DNA of 62,939 bases, filler included. It is 18 parts of 18 records of this genome, joined end to end, with 100 filler letters (N's around TTAATTAATTAA, not from the genome) between each part and the next. Parts side by side here need not be neighbours in the genome. Positions count along the whole stretch, not along the records: positions 51,505 to 54,039 come from SRR11831580_749; positions 54,140 to 56,516 come from SRR11831580_756; positions 56,617 to 60,355 come from SRR11831580_767; positions 60,456 to 62,939 come from SRR11831580_776; 14 more parts are not named here. One strand, 5' to 3'. Within the stretch, counting starts at the first letter, position 1. Every line of letters starts with the position of its first letter. The notes beneath the pieces are model-generated. The model was not told the origin of the DNA and did no database searches. It saw only the letters and a list, made by a program, of their open reading frames with translations. This document shows, in pieces, positions 52,106 to 62,939 of this stretch. A program made the translations under genes and the position numbers.

Positions 52106-52221
52106 GTCGTTGTCTGCGGCATTTTTGCCGAGTGCCGTGTATAATAGGCAAAGTTATTTCCATTTCTGCAATCTGTTAGCAATAACAGGTTGATTATTAA
52201 GATATTAAGGTGATTTAAATC

Positions 52222-53313
52222 ATGGGATTCAAATGCGGTATCGTCGGTTTGCCCAACGTCGGGAAATCTACCCTGTTCAACGCGCTGACCAAAGCCGGTA
52301 TTGAAGCGGCCAACTTTCCATTCTGCACCATTGAGCCGAACACAGGCGTCGTACCAATGCCTGATCCTCGCCTGGATCAACTGGCTGAAATCGTAAAACC
52401 GCAGCGTACGCTTCCCACGACCATGGAATTTGTCGATATCGCCGGTCTGGTAAAAGGCGCATCGAAAGGCGAAGGTCTGGGTAACCAGTTCCTGACCAAC
52501 ATCCGTGAAACCGAAGCGATCGGTCACGTTGTTCGCTGCTTTGAAAATGACAACATCATTCACGTTTCCGGCAAAGTTAACCCGGCTGACGATATTGAAG
52601 TTATCAACACCGAACTGGCGCTGGCAGACCTCGACACCTGCGAACGTGCGATTCATCGCGTACAGAAGAAAGCCAAAGGTGGCGATAAAGACGCGAAAGC
52701 TGAGCTGGCGGTCCTGGAAAAATGCCTGCCCCAGTTGGAAAATGCAGGTATGCTGCGCGCGCTGGATTTAAGCGCTGAAGAGAAAGCGGCTATTCGTTAC
52801 CTGAGCTTCCTGACGCTGAAACCAACAATGTACATCGCCAACGTCAACGAAGACGGTTTTGAAAACAACCCATATCTTGACCAGGTGCGTGAAATCGCAG
52901 CGAAAGAAGGTTCTGTTGTGGTTCCGGTTTGTGCTGCTGTTGAAGCAGACATTGCCGAACTGGACGACGAAGAACGTGACGAGTTTATGCAGGAGCTTGG
53001 GCTGGAAGAGCCGGGCCTGAACCGTGTGATCCGTGCCGGTTATAAACTGCTGAACCTGCAAACTTACTTCACCGCTGGGGTGAAAGAAGTGCGTGCATGG
53101 ACCATTCCGGTTGGAGCAACCGCGCCGCAGGCAGCGGGCAAAATCCATACTGATTTTGAAAAAGGCTTTATCCGTGCACAAACCATCTCGTTTGAAGATT
53201 TCATCACTTACAAAGGTGAACAAGGCGCGAAAGAAGCAGGCAAAATGCGTGCAGAAGGTAAAGATTACATCGTGAAAGATGGCGATGTGATGAACTTCCT
53301 TTTCAACGTCTAA
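52222..53313 (+). CDS. ychF: Ribosome-binding ATPase YchF (Obg family)
   Basis: [23 protein letters not shown]. Confidence 0.99.
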
Positions 53314-53369
53314 TTAATTTATTGTCTCATGAGGTTTCGCTAAATCTCATGAAGAGCGCAAAAGTATAT

Positions 53370-53396
53370 AAAATCCACGCAATTGCGTGGATTTTT
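53370..53396 (+). terminator. ychF terminator
   Basis: AAAATCCACGC-AATT-GCGTGGATTTTT. Confidence 0.75.
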
Positions 53397-54139
53397 CATT
53401 TCACCGAGTCCTAATCATTCTTGTAACATCCTACACTTTTGTGCTTATTGCCTATAGTGAACCACGAGAATAATTAAAGACATAAGTGTTCAGATGCCGG
53501 ATATCTCATTAGCAGTGATATAACGTAAGTTTTTGTATCACTACACATCAGCCCCCTTCACAGCTGATCAAAATTGATCACGCTCCAATATGCTGGCAAG
53601 ATGAAAATGATAACCAGTAGCACAATAACAACGATAGGCCAGAAAACCCATTGACCAAAAATGAATATCGATGTTTTTTGCTTTTTCTTATTAGTAATGC
53701 AAAAATGGCGCATATTGTTTTTGTTATGCAGATACATCAAGCGAAATTCCCATAACTAATTAGGATTATTACAAAAATCTTCACCAAATTTTTTAACCGC
53801 TGTTTGTTGTAATATTTTTGCCATATTTATAGTAACGAATTGGAATAAGTAACGACAACTTAGGGAATAACTCGATATAAACTCACCTTTGTAAGGGGGA
53901 TGTTAAATATATATTAATTCCTGTGTTCCTGATTTTGCCCGGTAATAGAGAATTATTCTCTGAGAAGCTCATCATGATTGCACCATACAAATATCATGAT
54001 GATAAGAGGATATTATTCATTGATTTAAACAAAATGACANNNNNNNNNNNNNNNNNNNNNNNNNNNNNNNNNNNNNNNNNNNNTTAATTAATTAANNNNN
54101 NNNNNNNNNNNNNNNNNNNNNNNNNNNNNNNNNNNNNNN

Positions 54140-54337
54140 AATTATCCGGATGCGAAAGGGAGATTTGTCAGCGGTGATGAGTTCGCAAACTGGCTTAATC
54201 AACATCGTCAGGAGGGGATTATTACTCTCGTGCTTTCGGTTGACCGCGATGAAGATATCAACAGTCTCGCCATTCCGCCCGCAGATGCCATCGATCGTCA
54301 GGAGCGTCTGGTGCTGATTCAGTATCGTCCCAAATGA
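54140..54337 (+). CDS. arnT: Lipid A L-Ara4N transferase, C-terminal fragment
   Basis: Ends ...[10 protein letters not shown], overlapping the arnE start (ATGA). Confidence 0.88.
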
Positions 54338-54669
54338 TCTGGCTAACATTAGTCTTTGCCAGCTTGCTTAGCGTTGCCGGGCAGTTGTGTCAGAAACAGG
54401 CAACCTGCTTTGTGGCGATAAACAAACGGCGCAAACATATCGTGCTGTGGCTGGGACTGGCGCTGGCTTGTCTTGGTCTTGCCATGGTGCTCTGGCTGCT
54501 GGTCTTGCAGAACGTACCGGTAGGCATTGCTTACCCGATGTTAAGTCTGAATTTTGTCTGGGTGACGCTGGCTGCAGTAAAACTGTGGCACGAACCGGTA
54601 TCGCCGCGTCACTGGTGTGGGGTGGCGTTCATTATTGGCGGCATTGTGATCCTCGGGAGTACGGTGTAA
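54334..54669 (+). CDS. arnE: L-Ara4N flippase subunit ArnE
   Basis: 111-aa SMR/EamA-like protein; [15 protein letters not shown]. Confidence 0.96.
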
Positions 54670-55054
54670 TGGGCCTGATGTGGGGATTATTCAGCGTCAT
54701 TATTGCCTCAGTTGCGCAATTAAGCCTGGGTTTTGCGGCGAGTCATCTGCCGCCGATGACGCACTTATGGGATTTTATCGCGGCTCTGTTAGCTTTTGGC
54801 CTGGATGCCCGGATACTGTTACTCGGGCTGCTGGGTTATCTGCTTTCCGTTTTTGTTGGTATAAAACGCTTCATAAACTTGCGCTAAGCAAAGCCTATGC
54901 CTTGCTCAGTATGAGTTATGTGCTGGTATGGATTGCTTCAATGGTACTTCCCGGCTGGGAAGGGACTTTTTCGCTGAAAGCACTACTGGGAGTAGCCTGT
55001 ATTATGAGCGGGTTGATGCTGATTTTCCTGCCCACGACAAAACAACGTTACTGA
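54669..55054 (+). CDS. arnF: L-Ara4N flippase subunit ArnF; probable homopolymer frameshift
   Basis: [10 protein letters not shown]...[12 protein letters not shown]; frames join if T5 at 54850-54854 is T6. Confidence 0.92.
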
Positions 55055-55314
55055 GTTTTCCCTGCCACTTTACACTGCCGTTCCCACTCATCGGGGCTAT
55101 AACTGCTTGCCGAGAGGACTTTCACCGTATGCAGCTTTTCACGATTAATACAATAAAGCGCATTCTGCAAAGGCGAGAGTAAATCCCCCACTTTCACGGC
55201 GAAGTCACTCTTCACTTCGGCGATCATTTTTATCGCGCCGCCAGCATCGCAGAGCATAAGTACATGTCTGTTATCTTGTTTATTGCAGCACGATTTTTTG
55301 ACCAGCCATTCCAT
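55048..55314 (-). CDS. pmrD: Two-component connector PmrD
   Basis: [10 protein letters not shown], 88 aa. Confidence 0.95.
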
Positions 55315-55423
55315 TGCATTATCCTGTTTGCTAAGAGTTTTCACATCAATTTACAGATTAACAGATAAACTCTTTATCAACGGCAATGGAATGGCAGAAA
55401 TGAGAAGTGAAACGGAGGGTTAA

Positions 55424-56516
55424 TTATTGCTGACGTTGCACCCACTCTTTTAGCGCCTGACGTGAAATTTTAATACCGCCGTTTTTCAGCTCCGGCGGCA
55501 GAGTTAGCCAGCGCACCGGTTGTTGAAAACGGGCCAGCTTATCTTTCACCCATTCACTAAGATCAACGCTCTCGTGGTCATACTCCATCACCGCCACCGG
55601 TCGATGACCAAACTCCTTGTCGGCAACGGGGACGATAAACACCTGCAAAACCGCAGGATGTGCAGCAATTACGCGCTCGACTTCTTCCGGCTGAATACCC
55701 TCTCCGCCACTGAAGAATAGATTGTCTAAACGTCCGACAATGGTCAGCTTGCCATTATGCATCTCACCGCGATCGCGCGTAGCGTACCAGCCTTCGTCAT
55801 TAACCAGTGAAACCAGTTGCCCGTTACGCCAGTAACCTTCTGCCATACTGGCAGCCCGCAGCCACACTTCATTATTAACGATTTTCACTTCCCGACCCGG
55901 CAGCGGCGAACCAACGTCTGCCAGGCCGTCGGCTTCTTTCGCACACACCGTGGAGGCAAACTCGGTCAGACCATAGCCGCAAAAGCAACGAATCCCCTGC
56001 TCGCGCGCCTGTTCCGTCAACTCGACCGGGATAGCCGCGCCGCCAAGTAACACCGCTTTCAGGGAAACGGAACTACGGTTAACCAGCAAACGCCAGAGTT
56101 GTGTTGGCACCAGTGAAGCGTGAGTACAGCCTGCCAGCATTTGCTCCAATGGCTGTTTATCACGTACCGTCATCCGCGCACCAGCGTATAACCAGCGCCA
56201 CATAATTCCCTGACCGGAGACGTGAAACAGCGGTAAAGAGAGCAACCAATCATCGTGATCGCCAAACGGAATCAGCGATAACACACCTTGCGCACTGGCA
56301 AGATGGGCCTGATAAGTATGGACAGCGGCTTTCGGCAAACCGGTAGAACCCGAGGTCAACGTCATTGAGCACAGACGCGTCGGCTGCCACGTAGCGGCAT
56401 GTGCGCCTTCAACCAGCTGAATGTGCAGCGACGTTAATGCCGGAAACGTGTTTTCCCCATCCGGCACCAGAGCAAATTGCAGCGTCAGATTGGGCAGCAA
56501 TTCTTCAAGCAACGGT
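55424..56516 (-). CDS. menE: o-succinylbenzoate-CoA ligase (5' truncated)
   Basis: TSGSTGLPKA AMP-binding motif; YGLTE. Confidence 0.97.
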
Positions 56517-56616
56517 NNNNNNNNNNNNNNNNNNNNNNNNNNNNNNNNNNNNNNNNNNNNTTAATTAATTAANNNNNNNNNNNNNNNNNNNNNNNNNNNN
56601 NNNNNNNNNNNNNNNN

Positions 56617-56641
56617 ATGTATGCTATACGAAGTTATTACG
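56617..56641 (+). other. 454 paired-end linker remnant
   Basis: ATGTATGCTATACGAAGTTATTACG at contig start. Confidence 0.9.
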
Positions 56642-57097
56642 CAACTGGTGGTCGGCGTGCAGCTTTTCTTTGTGGCGTTTAATTTGATGGAAGCCCTCCT
56701 GCCCTCACTTATCAGTAAAGAGTCGCCAGCAGGTTACAAAGGTACGGCGATGGGTGTTTACTCCACCAGCCAGTTTCTTGGCGTGGCGATTGGCGGTTCG
56801 CTGGGCGGCTGGATTAACGGCATGTTTGACGGTCAGGGGGTATTTCTCGCTGGCGCAATGCTGGCCGCAGTGTGGCTGACAGTCGCCAGTACCATGAAAG
56901 AACCGCCGTATGTCAGCAGTTTGCGCATTGAAATCCCGGCGAACATTGCCGCAAACGAGGCGTTAAAAGTGCGTTTGCTAGAAACTGAAGGCATCAAAGA
57001 AGTGTTGATTGCAGAAGAAGAACATTCAGCTTATGTGAAAATCGACAGCAAAGTGACGAATCGCTTTGAGATAGAACAGGCAATTCGTCAGGCATAA
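56642..57097 (+). CDS. yajR: MFS transporter YajR, C-terminal part with YAM domain
   Basis: KGTAMGVYSTSQFLG; adjacent to yajQ. Confidence 0.93.
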   Translation, partial: QLVVGVQLFFVAFNLMEALLPSLISKESPAGYKGTAMGVYSTSQFLGVAIGGSLGGWINGMFDGQGVFLAGAMLAAVWLTVASTMKEPPYVSSLRIEIPANIAANEALKVRLLETEGIKEVLIAEEEHSAYVKIDSKVTNRFEIEQAIRQA

Positions 57098-57111
57098 AAA
57101 ACGCGGCGAAT

Positions 57112-57200
57112 TGCCTGCTGCGCTACGCTTATCAGGCCTACAAAGTTTCTGAATTACAAACCTTTGTAGGCCGAATCAGGCGTTCATGCCGCATCTGACA
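57112..57200. repeat. REP/BIME pair
   Basis: GCCTGCTGCGCTACGCTTATCAGGCCTAC ... GTAGGCCGAATCAGGCGTTCATGCCGCATC. Confidence 0.8.
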
Positions 57201-57224
57201 TGAACAAAACGCACATAGTCGCGA

Positions 57225-57716
57225 TTAATCGCGGAAGTTTTTGAACTGGAACGGCTGACCGAGATCGCCACCACGTACCATCGCCATGACAGCCTGCAAA
57301 TCATCACGAGATTTGCCCGTTACGCGGATTTCATCGCCCTGAATTTGCGCCTGCACTTTCAGTTTGCTGTCTTTGATCATCTTGACGATTTTCTTCTGGG
57401 TCGCGCTCTCAATGCCCTGTTTCAGTTTCGCTTCCACAAACCAGGTTTTACCGCTATGAACGATATTCTCCGGTACATCCAGCGAACTGCCTTCAATGCC
57501 GCGCTTCAGCAGCTTGGCACGCAGAATATCCAGCAACTGATTGACCTGGAAATCGGACTCGCTCAACACTTTGATGGTTTTGCTGGCGTCGTTCAGCTCA
57601 AATGAGGCTTCAACGTTACGGAAGTCAAAACGGGACTCCACTTCGCGGCTCGCGTTATCGACCGCGTTACGTGCTTCCTGAAGATCAACTTCAGAGACAA
57701 TATCGAAAGATGGCAT
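57225..57716 (-). CDS. yajQ: Nucleotide-binding protein YajQ
   Basis: [11 protein letters not shown]...GKSRDDLQ...FKNFRD. Confidence 0.97.
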
Positions 57717-57883
57717 CTTTTCCTCTCCCTTCATTTTTGATGCGAAGCATAATACCCGCAAAGTTAAATAACCGACAGTCCTGCACCAGGACGTATCCCT
57801 TAATTGTGCATAGTCGCAACAGCATGCACAATTAAGGGATAGCCTTATTGAACACCCGGAGTGGTTGCGGGTGAGGAGGAACA

Positions 57884-59348
<1,465 letters not shown>

Positions 59349-59401
59349 TGTCGGATGCGGCAAACGTCGCATCTGACCAGATGCGACGTAAAAACCACAA
59401 A

Positions 59402-60355
59402 TTACGGGCGATATACCTTCACATTGTTAAAGCCCTGCTCGCGCAGATAGAGCGCCTGCAGACGGCTCATCACCCCGCGCTCACACCACAGCAGCCAGGT
59501 TTTGTTCTGGTCGAGATCGCCAAATTTGGTGCTCAGTTTATAGAACGGCAGAGAAACCACATCAATCCCTTCGACTTTCAGTGGCTTATCTTCCTGTTCA
59601 TCGATAGAACGGATATCGAGGATCACGTCGTTCGGGCCGAAGCCATTGACGGTTTCCACTTCCACCACTTCCTGCTCGGTCTGCTGGGCGATTTCGCGGA
59701 TATCAACGTTATTCGCTTCCTCAACCACTTTATCGAGAATGCTGAAGTCGAACTTCTCTTCTTCCGCTTCAATCTTCGATTTAACTGCTTTCACCGTCGG
59801 GCTTTTGGAGATCACACCACAATATTCCGGCATCGTGCGAGCAAAGTCTTCGGTGCCAATCTGGCGGGCCAGGTTGATGATGTGCTCTTTGTCGTAAGAG
59901 ATCAGCGGACGCAGGATCAGCGTGTCGGAGACGTTATCAATCAGGCGCAGGTTGGTCAGCGTCTGGCTGGACACCTGGCCGAGCGCTTCGCCGGTGACCA
60001 GCGCCTGTACGCCGTAACGTTCAGCCACTTTAGATGCGGCACGCACCATCATACGTTTGAGGATAACGCCCATCTGACCGTCGTCGATTTTCTCGAGAAT
60101 TTCCCCGACGACCGGTTCGAAATTAATAGCGACAAAACGCACGCGGTGGGAGCTGCCAAAGCGGTTCCACAGATAATGCGCCACCTGACGCACGCCAATT
60201 TCATGCGCCGCGCCGCCGAGGTTAAAGAAGCAGTAATGCACGCGGCAGCCGCGACGCATCAACATATAACTGGAAACACCGGAGTCGAAACCACCGGAAA
60301 TGAGCGACAGCACATCTTCCTGGGTGCCGATCGGGAAACCGCCAATACCTTCGTA
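59402..60355 (-). CDS. thiI: tRNA 4-thiouridine sulfurtransferase (5' truncated)
   Basis: SGGFDS PP-loop; C-terminal rhodanese CERGVMS. Confidence 0.97.
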   Translation of the reverse strand, partial: YEGIGGFPIGTQEDVLSLISGGFDSGVSSYMLMRRGCRVHYCFFNLGGAAHEIGVRQVAHYLWNRFGSSHRVRFVAINFEPVVGEILEKIDDGQMGVILKRMMVRAASKVAERYGVQALVTGEALGQVSSQTLTNLRLIDNVSDTLILRPLISYDKEHIINLARQIGTEDFARTMPEYCGVISKSPTVKAVKSKIEAEEEKFDFSILDKVVEEANNVDIREIAQQTEQEVVEVETVNGFGPNDVILDIRSIDEQEDKPLKVEGIDVVSLPFYKLSTKFGDLDQNKTWLLWCERGVMSRLQALYLREQGFNNVKVYRP

Positions 60356-60455
60356 NNNNNNNNNNNNNNNNNNNNNNNNNNNNNNNNNNNNNNNNNNNNT
60401 TAATTAATTAANNNNNNNNNNNNNNNNNNNNNNNNNNNNNNNNNNNNNNNNNNNN

Positions 60456-61366
60456 ACGCTGAAGGGTATCTGCAACCGCCCTGCGCGCCTGGCACCGATG
60501 ACCGCAATACACAAAGCCAGGTTTACTCCGTTGATAACCTCAACCACTTCGCCGACGTGCTCAATGATATTGATGAACTGGCGCAGTTACAGCTGATTCC
60601 GGCAGATGGCGCGGTCGCTGAGGCCTCGCCGGGTCAGTTTGAAATCAACCTTTACCATACTGATAACGTGCTGGAAGCCTGCGATGATGCGCTGGCACTA
60701 AAACGCCTGGTGCGTCTGATGGCAGAAAAGCATAAGATGCACGCCACTTTTATGGCGAAGCCGTATGAAGAGCACGCGGGCAGCGGAATGCATATCCATA
60801 TCAGTATGCAAAATAATCGTGGCGAGAACGTGCTTTCTGACGCGGAAGGCGAAGATTCGCCGCTGCTGAAAAAGATGCTCGCCGGGATGATTGACCTGAT
60901 GCCGTCGTCGATGGCGTTGCTGGCACCAAACGTGAACTCGTATCGCCGCTTCCAGCCGGGAATGTATGTGCCGACGCAGGCGTCGTGGGGCCATAACAAC
61001 CGCACCGTCGCCCTGCGTATTCCGTGCGGCGACCGTCATAATCACCGCGTGGAATATCGCGTGGCGGGTGCCGATGCCAACCCATATCTGGTGATGGCAG
61101 CGATTTTTGCCGGTATTTTGCATGGCCTTGATAACGAGCTGCCGTTGCAGGAAGAAGTCGAAGGCAACGGGCTGGAACAGGAAGGCTTACCCTTTCCGAT
61201 TCGCCAGAGCGATGCCCTGGGTGAGTTTATCGAGAATGATCACCTGCGCCGCTATTTAGGCGAACGCTTCTGCCATGTCTATCACGCCTGTAAAAATGAT
61301 GAGCTGTTGCAGTTTGAGCGCCTCATCACAGAAACAGAAATTGAGTGGATGTTGAAAAACGCGTAA
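60456..61366 (+). CDS. puuA: Glutamate-putrescine ligase (5' truncated)
   Basis: Glutamine synthetase fold (PGQFE, GSGMHIH, EYRVAGADANPY); upstream of puuP. Confidence 0.95.
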
Positions 61367-61514
61367 TACCCCTTGCGGGGTTGTTTCATCGGCCTGAGCG
61401 GAGCCAGGCCTGACATTTGCTGGTAATCCAGACATTTCCCGGATGTCGCGTTATGGAGCGCGGGCGGCAACGGGCTTCCGTTAACGATTAAGACTGTGAC
61501 GAGGAAATGAGATG

Positions 61515-61679
61515 ATGCCGATGATTAAATCCCCGCATGGCGAGGGAGGCTGCGTATGCGCCCCTCCTGCTACTGACTGGACTCCGCCCCCTTTGCTTCC
61601 CTTGCTAAACAGGTTTGATTTCAGGTCGACACGACCGCAAACCTTATTACGCAGGGGAGGCAGCAATTATGGCTATTAA
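61515..61679 (+). CDS. ymjE: Small protein (54 aa) overlapping the puuP start
   Basis: [18 protein letters not shown]...GGSNYGY*; matches the K-12 small protein as recalled; GAGG upstream. Confidence 0.65.
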   Translation: MPMIKSPHGEGGCVCAPPATDWTPPPLLPLLNRFDFRSTRPQTLLRRGGSNYGY

Positions 61680-62939
61680 TTCACCACTGAATATTGCTGC
61701 GCAACCCGGCAAAACCCGTCTGCGAAAATCACTGAAATTGTGGCAGGTGGTGATGATGGGTCTGGCCTATCTCACGCCGATGACCGTATTTGATACTTTT
61801 GGTATTGTCTCCGGCATTAGCGACGGTCACGTTCCGGCGTCCTATTTGCTGGCGCTGGCGGGTGTGCTGTTTACCGCTATCAGCTACGGCAAACTGGTTC
61901 GCCAGTTTCCGGAGGCCGGTTCGGCCTATACCTACGCGCAAAAGTCGATTAACCCGCACGTCGGATTTATGGTCGGCTGGTCATCGCTGCTGGATTGTCT
62001 CTTTTTGCCGATGATTAACGTCTTGTTGGCGAAAATCTATCTCTCCGCCCTCTTCCCGGAAGTGCCGCCGTGGGTGTGGGTGGTAACCTTCGTCGCCATT
62101 TTAACCGCCGCGAATCTGAAGAGCGTCAACCTGGTCGCTAACTTCAATACCCTGTTTGTACTGGTGCAAATCTCCATCATGGTGGTGTTTATCTTCCTGG
62201 TAGTTCAGGGACTGCATAAAGGAGAAGGCGTTGGCACCGTCTGGTCACTTCAGCCGTTTATCAGCGAGAACGCGCACCTGATCCCGATTATTACCGGGGC
62301 GACGATTGTCTGTTTCTCCTTCCTCGGTTTCGATGCGGTGACCACGCTTTCGGAAGAGACGCCGGACGCCGCACGCGTGATCCCGAAAGCCATCTTCCTG
62401 ACGGCGGTCTACGGTGGCGTTATCTTTATCGCGGCGTCGTTCTTTATGCAGCTGTTCTTTCCCGATATCAGCCGCTTTAAAGATCCGGATGCCGCACTGC
62501 CTGAAATTGCGCTGTACGTCGGCGGCAAGCTCTTCCAGTCGATTTTCCTCTGCACCACGTTTGTGAACACGTTAGCCTCTGGCCTGGCTTCACATGCCAG
62601 CGTGTCGCGTCTGCTGTATGTGATGGGGCGTGACAATGTGTTTCCGGAGCGCGTGTTTGGCTATGTGCACCCAAAATGGCGGACTCCGGCACTCAACGTC
62701 ATTATGGTCGGGATTGTCGCGTTGTCGGCGCTGTTCTTCGATTTAGTTACCGCCACAGCGTTAATTAACTTCGGTGCTCTGGTGGCGTTTACCTTCGTGA
62801 ATCTGTCGGTGTTTAATCATTTCTGGCGGCGTAAAGGAATGAATAAAAGCTGGAAGGATCACTTCCACTATTTGCTGATGCCGCTGGTTGGCGCGCTGAC
62901 GGTGGGTGTGCTGTGGGTTAACCTCGAGTCAACGTCACT
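61669..62939 (+). CDS. puuP: Putrescine importer (APC family), 3' truncated
   Basis: [12 protein letters not shown]...AGSAYTY...[15 protein letters not shown]; open to the window end. Confidence 0.95.
   Translation, partial: MAINSPLNIAAQPGKTRLRKSLKLWQVVMMGLAYLTPMTVFDTFGIVSGISDGHVPASYLLALAGVLFTAISYGKLVRQFPEAGSAYTYAQKSINPHVGFMVGWSSLLDCLFLPMINVLLAKIYLSALFPEVPPWVWVVTFVAILTAANLKSVNLVANFNTLFVLVQISIMVVFIFLVVQGLHKGEGVGTVWSLQPFISENAHLIPIITGATIVCFSFLGFDAVTTLSEETPDAARVIPKAIFLTAVYGGVIFIAASFFMQLFFPDISRFKDPDAALPEIALYVGGKLFQSIFLCTTFVNTLASGLASHASVSRLLYVMGRDNVFPERVFGYVHPKWRTPALNVIMVGIVALSALFFDLVTATALINFGALVAFTFVNLSVFNHFWRRKGMNKSWKDHFHYLLMPLVGALTVGVLWVNLESTS

Noticed and set aside
53558-53740. 60-aa hydrophobic ORF in AT-rich DNA after ychF
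   Set aside because: No recognisable family or clear RBS; it cannot be supported from sequence alone.

Overview
This window is not one continuous locus. It consists of 18 short contigs joined by 17 identical 100-nt spacers (44 N + TTAATTAATTAA + 44 N). Thirteen contigs are E. coli K-12-like chromosome fragments from scattered loci: glnK-amtB...maa, eutHA, rrf-yjaAB-metA-aceBA, cas3, argECBH, yeeJ, cydABX-ybgEC-tolQ, ttdBT-tsaD-rpsU-dnaG-rpoD-mug-ileX, opgB-lgoD, pth-ychF, arnTEF-pmrD-menE, yajRQ-panE-yajL-thiI and puuA-puuP. Five contigs (7316-9509, 9610-12097, 19034-21172, 21273-23760, 27002-29450) come from a gene-dense, intron-rich eukaryote, probably a protist; I cannot identify the organism. 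Manual splicing of these five recovers a B12-dependent class II ribonucleotide reductase, a Pof1-type NMN adenylyltransferase, a Csm1/monopolin-like kinetochore protein, a kinesin, Mediator Med20, separase, and an unassigned domain fused to IPT/TIG repeats that each occupy one exon. Apparent loxP sites and all frameshifts are best explained as 454 paired-end linker remnants and homopolymer under-calls. All assignments are by motif recognition; no searches were run.
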